A stretch of 63,987 nucleotides of DNA, filler included, from Reticulomyxa filosa (Eukaryota; Protista; Foraminifera): assembly GCA_000512085.1 (NCBI GenBank). It is 17 parts of 17 records of this genome, joined end to end, with 100 filler letters (N's around TTAATTAATTAA, not from the genome) between each part and the next. Parts side by side here need not be neighbours in the genome. Positions count along the whole stretch, not along the records: positions 22,088 to 27,252 come from ASPP01003906.1; positions 27,353 to 28,683 come from ASPP01014743.1; positions 28,784 to 37,325 come from ASPP01007988.1; positions 37,426 to 38,506 come from ASPP01026089.1; positions 38,607 to 42,022 come from ASPP01018363.1; 12 more parts are not named here. The stretch is one strand, 5' to 3'. How positions within the stretch are numbered: position 1 is the stretch's first letter; the number at the start of each line of letters is the position of its first letter. This document shows positions 25,426 through 38,639 of this stretch, piece by piece. A program made the translations under genes and the position numbers. The notes beneath the pieces were generated by a model. That model did not search any database, was not told the DNA's origin, and saw only the letters and a program-made list of their open reading frames with translations.

Positions 25426-27857
25426 GTCTTTTTTTTTTTTACTTCTCCTCTTCATAGATACGTACATTTTTAAGCTCATTATTTTCGTTCATCTCCTTTC
25501 TTCTTTTTTTTTTTAAGGTTTAATTTTACCAAAAAAAAAAAAAACAAAAACAAAAACATGTGAACATTGGAATGTAGAAACAGTTTAGTGTTTGGAATAT
25601 GGCTGAAAATTGTGACGAATTGAAACAACTTTTGTTGAAACTAGACGCACGTTTTCAATTGCAGCTTTTCAAAATTTCAAAATAATCTTTAATTTATTTT
25701 ATGCACAAAGATAATTTCTGCCAAGGGTGACTTTCAAAAAATTGAGGATTGCTGGCAAGGGTAAATACGTAAAAAAATACAATCAAAATATTTTTTCAAA
25801 TGCTCACATCCACAAAAAAAAGGGCTTATTAATAGTTTGCCTAAGTTGAAAACAAAGTGTAAACACCAGCGTTTGGAAGATCTTATTCTGAATCATTAGG
25901 GCAAGTAAAGCGTAGTAACAATTTTAAGTATCTACTGAACAACATTTGGTAACACTATATACAAGCAAAACGCGACACTACGCAGTTTTAAAACTTTTTG
26001 AAATTTATAAAGTCACGAAAGAGTTTAGCAAACATCTAATTGTAATTAATAATTGAAATAAAAATGATAAGTATCAGAAAATAACTGCTACATTAGATAT
26101 TTGTATCCTCCATCAATTTTTTGAAAATTTTTTAAATTACATGTAATAAATTGTATGTAAATAATATCTTCACAAAAAGTCGATAAAACATACAAATTAA
26201 ATAAATATATCTAACTATTCAAAAAAGCTTATAAGTTTATATGACTAGTACACAATGGAATACTCTCACAAGCCATTGAATGTATTGTTCGAGAAATGTT
26301 GACAATTAAATAGTAAAACAACCAAACAATACCTCTTTAGGTAGTTTAAAGTATATAATACTAATGTTAAATTTTTTATTTTACAAAAAAATGAATGCAA
26401 AAATATTATTTTTGGCGTAGCAACTAGATATACCAACGTTTGATTAAAGTCTAGAAAGTGAGTCGTTTTTGATCAAGTTTTTTTTCTCTCATTTTCATGA
26501 ATTCAATATCATGTCATTTAAACAAACAGGGTGAGTATGAAGAGAGGTCTCCATCCCTTTTCCTTCTTTTATGTGTATATTTCATTTCTCTTGTTGGGTC
26601 GCAAACTATAAACAACAAACAACAACAGTCACCTGAGGCAGTTATATCACAGACAAAAAGACGAAAAATTGAATAATGCAAAACCGGCCACGGGCAACAC
26701 TAAGAATGCGACTAATACGAAAGGCCCAAATGCAACAAAACCAACATCAATTGTAACGAGCACCAATACAACCTCATCCTCCAAAAAAAAAGAGTAATCC
26801 AATTAAAACAGGAACGGAAATGAACAATGGCGACAAAAAAAATTCGCCAGTGCCCTTGGCACGGGCACCTTTACAAAAATCCAGTTATCCAAATTGCCAA
26901 CATAGCAATATTTACACGTACGAAGTGGCAAAAACTAACATGCTTTTTAATATAAATTTTAGCAAAAAAAAAAAAATTGTAATGGACTTTTTTTTTTTAA
27001 AAAAAAAAGATTAATAGCAAAAGATAATAACATAGTTCAACTGTCTTCTTCTGTCCCACTCCATTTCTTTTTGTGTTTCCCCTCCATTGTACGTATACCT
27101 GCTTGTTCAACTCTTTATAATGAACTTGAATGCGATATTTTTTTTTTTTTTAAAAAGAAATGTCGGTAATAAACAAGGAGGAGGGGGGGGGGAGGGTTTG
27201 TTAAAAAAAAAAAAAAGTTTGATGTGGACTTTGCATATGCAACACAAAATATNNNNNNNNNNNNNNNNNNNNNNNNNNNNNNNNNNNNNNNNNNNNTTAA
27301 TTAATTAANNNNNNNNNNNNNNNNNNNNNNNNNNNNNNNNNNNNNNNNNNNNTTCATAAATGATTATGATTATTTCAATGAACCAAGTCGAAGTTGATAT
27401 GATAATGTCCTTCAACTTATTTGGAGATATACACTCTCAACTGAGTTCAAATGTAGTACAAGTTTTCTGAACATAAAAACTTCTTGTTTTCCTTTGCAAA
27501 AAATGATAATTATGTTTCAATTGCTTTTTGTCCTTTTTTCAAAATTTATTTCTTTCGTTTTCATTTTTGCTGTTGTTGTCTATTTTCAACTATTTTTCAG
27601 ATATCGCAAGTGTGTTATATCTGAATTGCAATAAAAAAAATCAGATGTTTTGCTTTCTATATTAATTTAGATATGTTGTGTGAACATACCGGTATATACA
27701 TTTTGCAATTATCTAACATTTCTTAAACTAATTAATTCATTTAGCTACTCATTTACGTTACAAACATTACAAGCTTGTTATCACCACAAAACGTTTTTTG
27801 AACCTGTATAGACGTTAATTTTTGTTTTTTGGAATTAGTTTGATCTATCATCAACAG

Positions 27858-28653
27858 ATGAGTTCCGATTCAGAGCTGAGCTGGTGCACGGAAGACATTT
27901 ATTTGGGCGCAGATGTCTTCCGCTCCGAATTCTCTCAGCCATTGCGCGACCGACATTTTCTAGAAGATTTGAAGCGCGAGTAAATTTCTGTTACAAATAA
28001 GAAAGGAAATAAAAATACAAAAATACATATACATACATATATATATATATATGTATATATTTGTATTTGTATTTGTTTGAGCCACAACAAAACACAATAA
28101 ATGCACAATGCAATGTACATGCAGATCGTCATTTTTGGAAAGTTCGCACAGCATATCAGAGAACAAAGAATACCCACTATCGCAGTTATCATATATGGTT
28201 CGCACTCCACGACAGATAAGCATAGACATTAACGACGCCACCTACATATCGCAGCAGCTGCAGCAAGAGTTAGCACCGTACTTGTTGAATCCGCTGCACG
28301 CGTTTGTGTACATCGGTGGATTGGAGTCGGGAATGGTGAATAGACACATCCCGTTGAAGTTGAGACATGGAGACCATCGACACAAAGTCTTGGCCGACAC
28401 ACACGTCACAGCGAAGCAAAAAACCAAAGACTTTCATTACTCACTGCCGTTGTATGTTGGCAAAAGCATTAACAAAAACCTGATCCTTACTATACAAAAC
28501 GCTTTGGAATGGACGCAACGTCAGACGTTGAAATCGACAGCCACGTCATCCGCGGTTCGCATCGTCGAGGACTTGTCCCGTATTGACGTGGGGCTGCGAT
28601 GCGACGTTGGGTCGGGCAATAACTACCGATTTATCGTGCGAGTGCCAGTTTAA
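27858..28653 (+). CDS. Hypothetical protein (at least 2 exons, possibly partial)
   Basis: GC-richer exon MSSDSELSWCTEDIYLG...LEDLKR, a gtaaat...cag intron with (AT)n, then ORF to 28653. No domain recognised. Confidence 0.55.
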
Positions 28654-28855
28654 ACGGCTTTTTTTTTTTTTTCAAATCTCAAANNNNNNNNNNNNNNNNN
28701 NNNNNNNNNNNNNNNNNNNNNNNNNNNTTAATTAATTAANNNNNNNNNNNNNNNNNNNNNNNNNNNNNNNNNNNNNNNNNNNNAAAAAAAAAAAAAAAAA
28801 GGGTTCTTTATCAATTTGTACTTTGCAAAAAAAAAAAAAAAAAAAATTGGTGATA

Positions 28856-31800
28856 GTGTGTGCTGCGTTGAAAGTAAGCGGGCTGGGTTCGATATTCGTA
28901 GGAGGACAGACTCTCTCGCATTTCAGCGCACTTCCATTCCCGGAGTATGAATCGGAAGGCAGACGGATGTGGTCGAACGGACGTGGCGTGCGGGTGTATT
29001 TGAGTAAGCGATGGTTCCCTCAAGTCGGCGTGTGGGTGATATCGAACGATACGTTGTCGGTGGTGCAAAACGTCACGCAATTCACGAACGACGCACCAGG
29101 CACTTCGGACGGTACGTATGGACTTTGGGATCACTTTATCAATGACAACATCTACGAACCACTGCTGTATTCCATCACTTTACGCATGACGTGTCTTTCC
29201 GTTACGACGCCTTGGCCAACGACTATACCGACTAATATGCCTTCCACAACCAAAGCACCAACTTCCATTGCTCCAACTCTATCACCAACTCAAGGTTTTT
29301 ATTTTTTTGCTTGCCTTGGGAGACAAACAGACCATAGTGACACACAAGATATACATACATTGAGTATACGTAATGTGAAAGAGGGGGGACAGTAAATAAA
29401 CTGAGTTATAGATAGTTTGTGATACATTATTCCAAAAAAAAAAAAAACAAAACCAAAGTTTGCACAACCTTGCAATTAATTCACAAGCAATCGACATGCC
29501 CAGCGGAAGTTGCCAGCCGAATGGCAGGGTATTTCACGAAACAAGATGCAACAGTGAACGGCAAGATCCACTTCAGCGGAGTAGATACCACTCGTGGGTC
29601 GAATATTTTTTGGAGCGATTTGTATAAGACATGGGTAATTGACGGAACCTCGTCCGTTGGTTACAGTGCTCTGTCTCTTGTCGATATCCCTTCCGATTTC
29701 CCTCCTCAATTGTCATCTTGGACACTGGTTGAACAAAATGATATCTTCAACTTGGATTGCGAAATTACTTTTCAATTTTCTTGCTCCAGTTACTAGTACA
29801 ATCATTTTTTGTTTACATTTGCAGGCTAATAGAATTACATGTATATATATAATTTTTTTAAAAAAAATCGTTGGTGGATGTTTCAGGCTCCAAAGTCCCA
29901 TCACTAGCTCCAACACTGTCACCCGTGACAAGAGCACCAACAAGTGAAGTATCTATTCTGGCTATCTGAATTGAACGTTGTTTCTTTTTTTATATATATA
30001 TATAAAAAAAAGGGTTGATTGTGATGACGATGACGATATGTGTATGTATTATGTAATTGTACATGTGTGTATGTGCCATGTTTATGAATGACTTTGTGAA
30101 AAGGACAAACTCTTGCACCAACGCACAAGCCGACAAAATTGCCAACAAAAAGACCAACACATAATCCAACAAAGTCCCCATCATTTTCTCCTACTAGTTA
30201 CGTTGATTGTGATGGATGAGTATTTGTACATATTACATATATGTACACATATGTGTATGTATGTGTTGTGCCTCTATCCTTTTTTGCTTGCCTTTTGTAG
30301 TCGGTCCAAGACCACATTACAACAATTGAATTTTTATTGTATATGTATGACTATGTTAAGGTGCTCCAATCAACCAATGTGACGGCCTGATTGTGACTGG
30401 AACGCATGACATCTTGTCACAGAGATATCAGATAGCTCGTACAGGGACAATTGCTGATCGGAGCTATTGGAATGCTGTGAATGGTGATGCGCAAGTGTTT
30501 TATTCCAATTCCTCGGTTTACAACACATGGGTCATCAATTCCGCCACTTTGGGCACTTATTGGTTGGCACATGATGTGCCTCCAAACCAGCCCCCTTTGA
30601 ACAGTGTGTGGGACAAATATACAGGCACTTCACCTTTTCTCGAATCTTCTGCCAATTTAACTTTGATTTGCAACAGTTTAGCAAAAATAATAATAATAAT
30701 AATCTTTTTTTGTTGTTGTTGTTAAATCTTTGCTTGTTTGCTTTTGTGTATTATCAAATAAAGCATATTGGTTTCCAACACCACACCCCACACGCCTTCC
30801 ATCAAGCTCGCCAACACAACATCCAACAAGACATCCTACGACAAGCCCGACCAGACATCCCACACGATATCCAACCAAACCACCAACACGTTACGTATTT
30901 CCACCACGTTTGTTTGCTTCGTCATCACTTTTGTAGAAACAGCCCTCCGTGTTAGCAAGGGACTTTGTCTTGGACAATTGTGTTGTGCAACAGGACATCC
31001 CACTTGGACTCCAACCAGACATCCGACGAGACACCCTACAAGACATCCCACCCGTCATCCGACCAATACACCCACAACAGCACCAAGTGTGTCGACTTTT
31101 TTTTTATGCTAGAAGAGAATAAATATTGATTAAAAAAAAAAATTATATATATGTACATATACATATATATGTATATACATATTACATATACATATATATA
31201 ATGTATATTTGTGTCAACATACTTGAATATGCAAACAGCTCGCCACGTATGTACATACTTGATTGTAAGTGGAATATTGGAATTCGAAGGAATGTACGAA
31301 TTGACTGGACATGATTTGCACAACCGTGGCGAATGGGTGAAAGTGGGAGACAGCAACAAGAATATTACGTACATTTCCTCTTCATGGGTACTATGGGACG
31401 TGAGCAAAAACAATGGTTTAAACAACTCATATACAGTGGCATCGACGGACTGGAGACCACCAAGCTATGCAGTGTGGTATCGTCAATACATTGACGCCGA
31501 TGAAATGTGGCATCAGGATTTGAATGCATCCGTAACCACAGTATGTTACGCCACGATACCACCCACAAAAATGCCCACTGCACTTCCGACCATGGCACCC
31601 ACGAGGTCGCAATGTGTTGCCATCTTTGTTTCCAACAATACCAATACTTTGTCTAGTGTCCCTTTGCAAGTCAGTGGATGGTACAATCGACAGTCATATC
31701 TCATCAATCGAAAGTGGTGGTGGCTGAAAGTAGACAGTACAGTTGCTATCAAGTTCTTTGACGGACAATGGTATTTGCAAGAATACAACACCACATTGGA

Positions 31801-33397
31801 TTCAGAAACTATGCCAAACAGACTGCTTACCAACGGGTCTGCCTTCGATGATCGTCCCCCCAGTCTCGCTACTTGGATCTATGCCAAGTTTCCTTTGTCT
31901 TCTGTTCAAATTTCGGCCACTTGTCACAAGACCAGTAATCCAACCCCATCGCCCACACAAAGTCCTACGCAAACACCAACTTCCAGTTTTGTATTTTTTT
32001 TTTTTTTTAATTTTTTTATTTTTGCACCCCTTTTATTTTTTATTTTTTTATTTTTTTATTTTTTTTTTATTGCGAATTTTCGTAACTTTTTTTTTGTTTT
32101 GTTTTTATTTTAAAGATTTGAAATTTGTTGTTTGTTTCAAGATCGAGCGCCCCAATGGACATTCTGTCCCAACACCACGTATTTTGCGTTTGCGCAGAAC
32201 CTATCTCAAGACATTAAAGTGTATTGGGATGTGCCGACAGCCAAAGACGATCAAAGCTTTAGCATTGGCATATGGGAATGGGTCTGGAGCGGAGTAAGCA
32301 CGATCGAAGAAAGACAAACCAAGGTGGCAATAACCTCCGGAGATAAGCTTACTCCAGGAAGGCGATACAAGCTTGTGTATATGGCGACAGATATATATCA
32401 AGCAAGCAGCAATTGCACAGTGAATATATACGTAATTGACAACTCTGCTTACAATAGCAATAGTTATGACAGTTGCTTTCAACATGGATTTGCAATTAAC
32501 GTGGATGTCAACCAGGATACGTATAGCACATTGGACAATGAGAAAAGCACATATAGCGTTGACAATGGAGAAATTAGCGGTCAAGTCTATTGGACTACGC
32601 CGGATACACAAAGTATCAATTGCTATGTGAAAGCTCTAATGGTAGGGAAAGTGGCAGCCAAATCGTCTGTTGTCGCAACCACCAAGTATTTGGGTGTAAG
32701 TGCAGCCACAACTGTTTGGCAAGTGTTCATTTTGATTCTAATCATCATTGTACTGTGCTTGTTTGGAGAAGCTGTTCGAAGACGGGTGATTGAATACCGA
32801 AACAAAAAGAAACCTGATGCCGAAAAAAGCCTCATTCATGCTATTGATGCCACTGGGGAAGACAAAAATGCCATTATGGCCGGAATTGCGCCTGTAAAAG
32901 TATTACGCAAGGCCACTTTACAAAGTACCATCGACCCAGGCGCACGCAGAGGAAAGTCAGAAGGTGGAAATGTGCTGTCCGTTGAGTTGGCAGAAGTCAA
33001 ACCAGATGACAAAGGCTTTAACATTTCCAACGCACCACCTTCACCTCGAGTTCCTTCTGAAAATGACGATGATGTAGCTGCCCCTGCGGCCGCTCCTGCG
33101 GACAGTGTTGCGCTGAAAGCACCACCAGTACTTCCGCAACTTCCTAAACCCCTTTTTGGCACAAGTGTAAATCAAGAAGAGGACGATGCTGTAGGAAATG
33201 ATGCCGTATTGAATATGTTGGAACAAGATTGGGCTAATGCTAATTATGAAGATGACGATATTGTTGCTCCAATGGCTCCATTAGACCCAAAGCAACCTGT
33301 CTTTAGCCCACCACAGCCAAAAAATGCAGAAACAGTTGATGACATGGATTTGGGAGAAAATGAAAGTGATATTGAAGAACCTGATTCTCAGGTTTGA
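28856..33397 (+). CDS. Type I membrane surface protein: 5 Cys-bracketed repeat domains with PTxxPT mucin linkers, HYR domain, TM helix, acidic/Pro-rich tail; 5'-truncated
   Basis: HYR-like: DRAPQWTFCPN...VYWDVPTAKDD...SGDKLTPG...VYMATDIYQASSNCTVNIYVID. TM: VWQVFILILIIIVLCLFGEAV followed by RRR. PT-rich linkers and many NxS/T sequons. Confidence 0.85.
30776..31088 (+). repeat. Coding tetrapeptide repeat (PTRH)n, mucin-like
   Basis: PTPHPTRLPSSSPTQHPTRHPTTSPTRHPTRYPTKPPT and HPTWTPTRHPTRHPTRHPTRHPTNTPTTAP in two exons. Confidence 0.9.
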
Positions 33398-34183
33398 TTG
33401 ACTTTCTTTCTTCATCAAAGTTTATATTGTTTATATCGACATATCTTTTCAAGTTTTTTGTTGCTAACGTTATAATTTTTCATAGAAACGAAGAAACAAG
33501 CGACAGTCAGAATTAAATCTTTAAAGGAACACTTGTAATTTAGAACAAAAGTTGAATATAATAATTAATATTTTTTGTTGTGTTGCATAAAAAAAGGTGA
33601 TCTTTTTTAAGTTGCATATGTTTATTCGCAGTAGGTTTCTTTTTTCGACAAGGACAGGATGTGTCGCTTCAATGCTTTTGTTCATAAAAAATTGTAAATG
33701 TTGTTTGAAAAAAAGTAGCATCATTTATTGCCCAAAAGGCACAGTTTATGATGAAAATGACTGAATTTTGAAATATGGACTTTCTGATATAACAGCTCAA
33801 ATGATTTTGGTTTTCGTGATATAAGCGCAGAACTATTATAAGTTCTACTGATTCCGAAACAAAAGTTTTGTCATTTTAGGCCAAGCTGTTTTTGTCTTTT
33901 GCTCTGATTTGAATCTACCATTAATTAATTTATCTGTAACAAAAGCGAGCCAATCTATTTCAATGAGCTTGACAACTGAAGACCGAAAAGTTCAAGTGAA
34001 TGTTGATTTTTTTTTCTAAATCTTCTTCAATTCACAGCTCAACAACTTTTTGTCTTGTTTTTGTTGTATTATTTGTTCTTTTATTCAATTAATTTTTGCT
34101 TTGTTGAAATGTACTCAAAAAGGGCAGTCATTCACATATTACATTTTTTCTACACAACACACAACAAACGAAACGTTTTACAT

Positions 34184-36371
34184 TCAAATGTCTATGCCCC
34201 CACATACGTGTTTTGCTTCCCTTGTTTCCTCGTTCCATTCACCTAGTACTGTACTGTATATTTTCCATGCTTCATTGAAATATTCATCTGCTTTGTCGGT
34301 TCTGTTTATAACTTCGTATGCACGACCCAAATCCCAAATAGAGTCACCAACAATTTTGTCATGTCCGAGTATTGCCTTCCTTATCATCAGTGCCTTTTCA
34401 TGGCACTCAATCGATTGAGTATATCGTGCCAAATCCTCACAGAGGAAACCCAAAAAGCTGTAAGTATCGGCAACATCAAGATGATTACTCCCAAGAATAT
34501 CCAATCTTATTTGCAAGACCTTTTCATAATGTTCGGCTGCTGTATCGGCTTCCCCTCTATTATAATATGCAAGTCCCAGATTCGCGTCTATAGCTGCGGC
34601 AAAAGTGTTATCCGTCCCTAAAATATCAGTGGTTATTTTTAATGCTTTTTCATGACATTCAATTGCTTGGTCATATTGTCCTTTATTGTTAAATAAAACC
34701 CCTAAGCAGTCATATGTATCAGCAACCAATGGAAAAGCAAATCCAAATGAATCGAGATAAATTTGCAAAAATTGCTGTGAATAAACAATTGCTTCATCAA
34801 AAAGTTCGGCTATTAAACTTTCTTGTTTCTTATGTTGAAGATTTTGGAGTTGTAATGGGATATGATAATGCATTTTGGTATTCCATTGAATTGGTGCAAG
34901 AGATGACCTTAATTGTTCATCAATCTTGCATTCTTTGTAATATAAAGTTGCGTTGTAATTTTCACTTGTCCTTGGCATCGAATGTCGCAATCGACAGCGT
35001 ACACATTGCCATTAATGGTTACATCATCCAATATTATCATTTTTTTTATTATTACATATATCAAATAGTCTTCTTTTTTTTTAATTACAACACTTTTGTC
35101 ATTTATCAATTTACGAAATGAACAATCGGAATCACTCCCTTTGTTTACATTAAGATGTTTCCATTCGTGAGTGTTATTAGCAATAACAATTAACCCTTGC
35201 TCATGTTTTCGAAGCATTTGCTCTACTTTTATTGCTGCTGTCCAATTTACTGTTGTCCAAGCTATACTCCAATGTCTCTTTGCATCTGACATTTTTTTGC
35301 TTTTGCTTTTCATGTTTTCTTTTTCTATCGCATCCGTTAGTATTTTTAATTTCAGCTTCATATGTGTTGTTACACTATTTTTGTCACTTTTGCCTCCAAA
35401 AATATGTATATAATTAGCATCATTACTCAACACCACAGTACAATCATATAAGGAAAGTGGTAAACATGTTCAAGTTTTATCCATTTGCTTTCTTTCATTG
35501 AATACATATGCACTGCATTCGAAATAGCTTCATTCTGACCAATATAACCACTCCATCCTCCAAAATTGACAACCACATCACCAATACATACATTGGCATA
35601 TCTTTTGAGTGGCACCATTTCATCACAAACAGGTATTGCATAAAATTTAAATTCGTTGCTATTTTCATTGTAATCAATTGTTAATCCTGTTTTGTTATAA
35701 AACAATAGCATCTCATTTGTGTTCTGTGTCGTTGACACAAAACCGTGGTACCACACCTTATTCTCTTCCATTGGCAAAATATCGTGTTTAATATATCTAC
35801 ATGTATTCAAATCAAATACATCCACATTTTTTGGTGGATATGTGATAAATAGCAAGTGTTTGTTACTCCCACCAATCACCGCACGTGCTCCTTCATAATT
35901 TTCTGTATCTTTTGCTATGTGTATTGGTCTTTTGTTGTCACTGTCATCAATAAAAGTAACCCATTCATTACAATGTTTTTTGTTCTTAGTTTTACTTTCC
36001 TCTTCAACATTACTTTCATCATCATCCCAAATGCTTACATAGGTCATCATTAATGTATGCTTGGGATAGCCGCTAAAAGATAACAAGGTAATTGTATTCT
36101 TGTCTTTGTTATTGGAAACAACTCTCACTACACAGTGCCCTTCTAATACAACATTGCTCGGATACGAACAGATACGTTTGTACTGGTTTTTCAATGTATG
36201 GTATGAATAACAGTTTCGCTCATAATAACCTCCACAAATGAGGATTTCGTCTTTGTAGATTACACACTGACTTTGACAAAGTGGGACGGGCAACGGCGTC
36301 AAAGTTTCAAACGGGGTTGTAGTGTCTATATTTACATTTTCTTCTGATTTCGTGTCACTTAGATCCATCAA
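34184..36371 (-). CDS. Intronless Kelch-like propeller + uncharacterised domain + TPR repeats; two one-base frameshifts
   Basis: Kelch-like: LPVPLCQSQCVIYKDEILICGG, VVNFGGWSG, IHIFGGK. TPR: VADTYDCLGVLFNNKGQYDQAIECHEKALKI, about 4 copies. ORFs 35427-36371, 34909-35436 and 34184-34990 join if one base is added to short homopolymers near 35463 and 34927. Confidence 0.85.
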
Positions 36372-37539
36372 GATGTGATTGACACTATGTTTTTAATGAT
36401 ATTATTGTTATTAATCTAGCTTTTTTTGCGATTTTCCTTGTTGATCTTTTAAGGCTCTAACTTCTGCAAAGTGCTACACATATCGAATATAATGTTAAAA
36501 AATTGAAATTATCTTTAATGTAGCAATTCTTCAACAAGAATATCATTCTAAAAATAGTTTTAAATCCTTACTGTACTCATTCAAAACAAAAAATTGAGTT
36601 TGAAAAAGTTTATTAAATAAAATAATTTTGAACACATCATTTCAATTGGTACATTACGTATGCTGTCGTTAAAATTGCGATGAATAGTTCCAAAAAAAAG
36701 TATTGGCATCCAAAATAATCAACTTTGTATTATTTGTCATGACATATGAAAGCTTTTTTTATGTGGTAGATTTGATTACCGTTGTAATTACGTCGCTTTA
36801 AGCTATCCATTTTTTCCCCCATGTGATGACTCATAAAAAGACATATCTAAATTCTTTTTTGTCTTCGATGTGTAAAAAGTGATATGTTTCATATCGATAA
36901 TATCTCATGTGTTGCAGTTCGAATCTAACATGAAAAAACTCAAAATGCAAAAAGTGCAATAATTGTATTTATGCTTTATTTTTACATTATTTTAATTCAC
37001 TTTTTTTCAACACGCTTCAATGTCGACATATATTTTATGTAATTGATGAAAAATTTCGTACACTTCGAGTAATCCATTAGCATTCGTCAATTAACTTGCA
37101 AATGATGTTTGCACATCAAAAAAGACACAAATAACGAAAATGCAAAAACAGTATGCTTACTTATGTTTAATCTACATTTCCATTTTGAAGTACCGTCCAA
37201 TGTTTATGATAACAATGTAATCTTTGTAAATGTATAACCATTGATTTGTATCGCACTCAACAGCCAGCCCACTAATTGATACTACAGTAAGTTGCAAAGA
37301 AAACTGAACGCATAAAACATATCTTNNNNNNNNNNNNNNNNNNNNNNNNNNNNNNNNNNNNNNNNNNNNTTAATTAATTAANNNNNNNNNNNNNNNNNNN
37401 NNNNNNNNNNNNNNNNNNNNNNNNNCCAGATACGTTTCATTGCCGGGGCAAAGCGAGTTAAAGAAAGTCTCGAGAAATAATAAACGTTAGAGCAAAAGAA
37501 TAGACGAATGACAAAAATATAGATTTCCCAATTGTGAAA

Positions 37540-38250
37540 ATTCCCTCTATGAGAGGCTTTTCAAAACAATTGAAATTCCCCATATAAGACAAAGTTCTAT
37601 CCAAGATCATAGAGATAAACACGAAGAGTCATTACGGGTATGGAACAGAAACTAAGATGGACAAAGAGGTGCGCACGGGAGTCGAGCTGAGCAGGGGACA
37701 ATTTATTCTGAAATATTTTTGGCTTAAATCACGCAAAAACCAGATCTTAGAAAAAATCCGACTTGAGTTAGCTTAGCACATTGAATACATTGTCGCAGTG
37801 CCTTATAAATTTTTAGTATATGAAGCAGGTTGGGTACTTTACATTTTTTTTTAATAATTGTTATTCTAAAAAATTGTGTCTTATGTGAAGGCGGTTTTTT
37901 TAAGCATCATGTGGAAATAAAGTATCAAAAGGGACATTTTGGGACATTGCTGCTATCATTACCAACAGAAGAAGTATTCGAAGATGGTAGTTTGATATTG
38001 TCATTTGAATGCAAAAATGTTGAGTGGAATCCATCATAAGAAGAAAAAAGTGACGGAGCACCTCTAATGGATTGGCTGTCATTTTGCACCGACATTTCTT
38101 ACGAAATTAAACCTGTCACCAAAGGACGACGCGTTATGATCGCTTTCAATTTGATTGTTACGACAAAGTTCCAAGATGACCTCAAGTACTTTAATGATAC
38201 GCAAAAAATTGAAACGTCATCGATATCTTTGAACGACAAACGAGTTTTGA
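37540..38250 (+). pseudogene. 2OG-Fe(II) oxygenase (2OG-FeII_Oxy_3-like) pseudogene
   Basis: YGYGTETKMDKEVR...PYKFLVYEAG|GFFKHHVE...GHFGTLLLSLP...FEDGSLIL...FCTDISYEIKPVTKGRRVMIAFNL. In-frame TAG and TAA. The HxD motif reads HVE and the distal His is Tyr. Confidence 0.85.
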
Positions 38251-38639
38251 GGTATTTTTTTTTTTACTTTGTAAAGTTAAAAACAAATTGATAACACCAA
38301 CTGAATTGAACAAGGGTGGCTGAAACATTAGTACAATGTGTACACGGGCTGTTTATACTAGATCTCCATCAAGTAATCGTAGATTTGATCATTACAATGG
38401 CAAATGACTATCGAGCCATGCTTTTTGCAATTATACTTTCTTTTTTATTCATCCAAGGCAAAATATGAAAATAATTCCTCTCTATATCTTGATATATACA
38501 TATATCNNNNNNNNNNNNNNNNNNNNNNNNNNNNNNNNNNNNNNNNNNNNTTAATTAATTAANNNNNNNNNNNNNNNNNNNNNNNNNNNNNNNNNNNNNN
38601 NNNNNNTATATGTATATATGTGTATTTATTATGAAACTT

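Noticed and set aside
26510-26940. Possible gene start (atgtcatttaaacaaacagg|gtgagt) with Thr/Asn-rich exons
   Set aside because: No consistent open spliced frame could be built before the contig end.
37760-38040. Stop-codon reassignment as an explanation for in-frame stops
   Set aside because: TAA, TAG and TGA all terminate intact genes in this window. The in-frame stops co-occur with frameshifts and lost catalytic residues.
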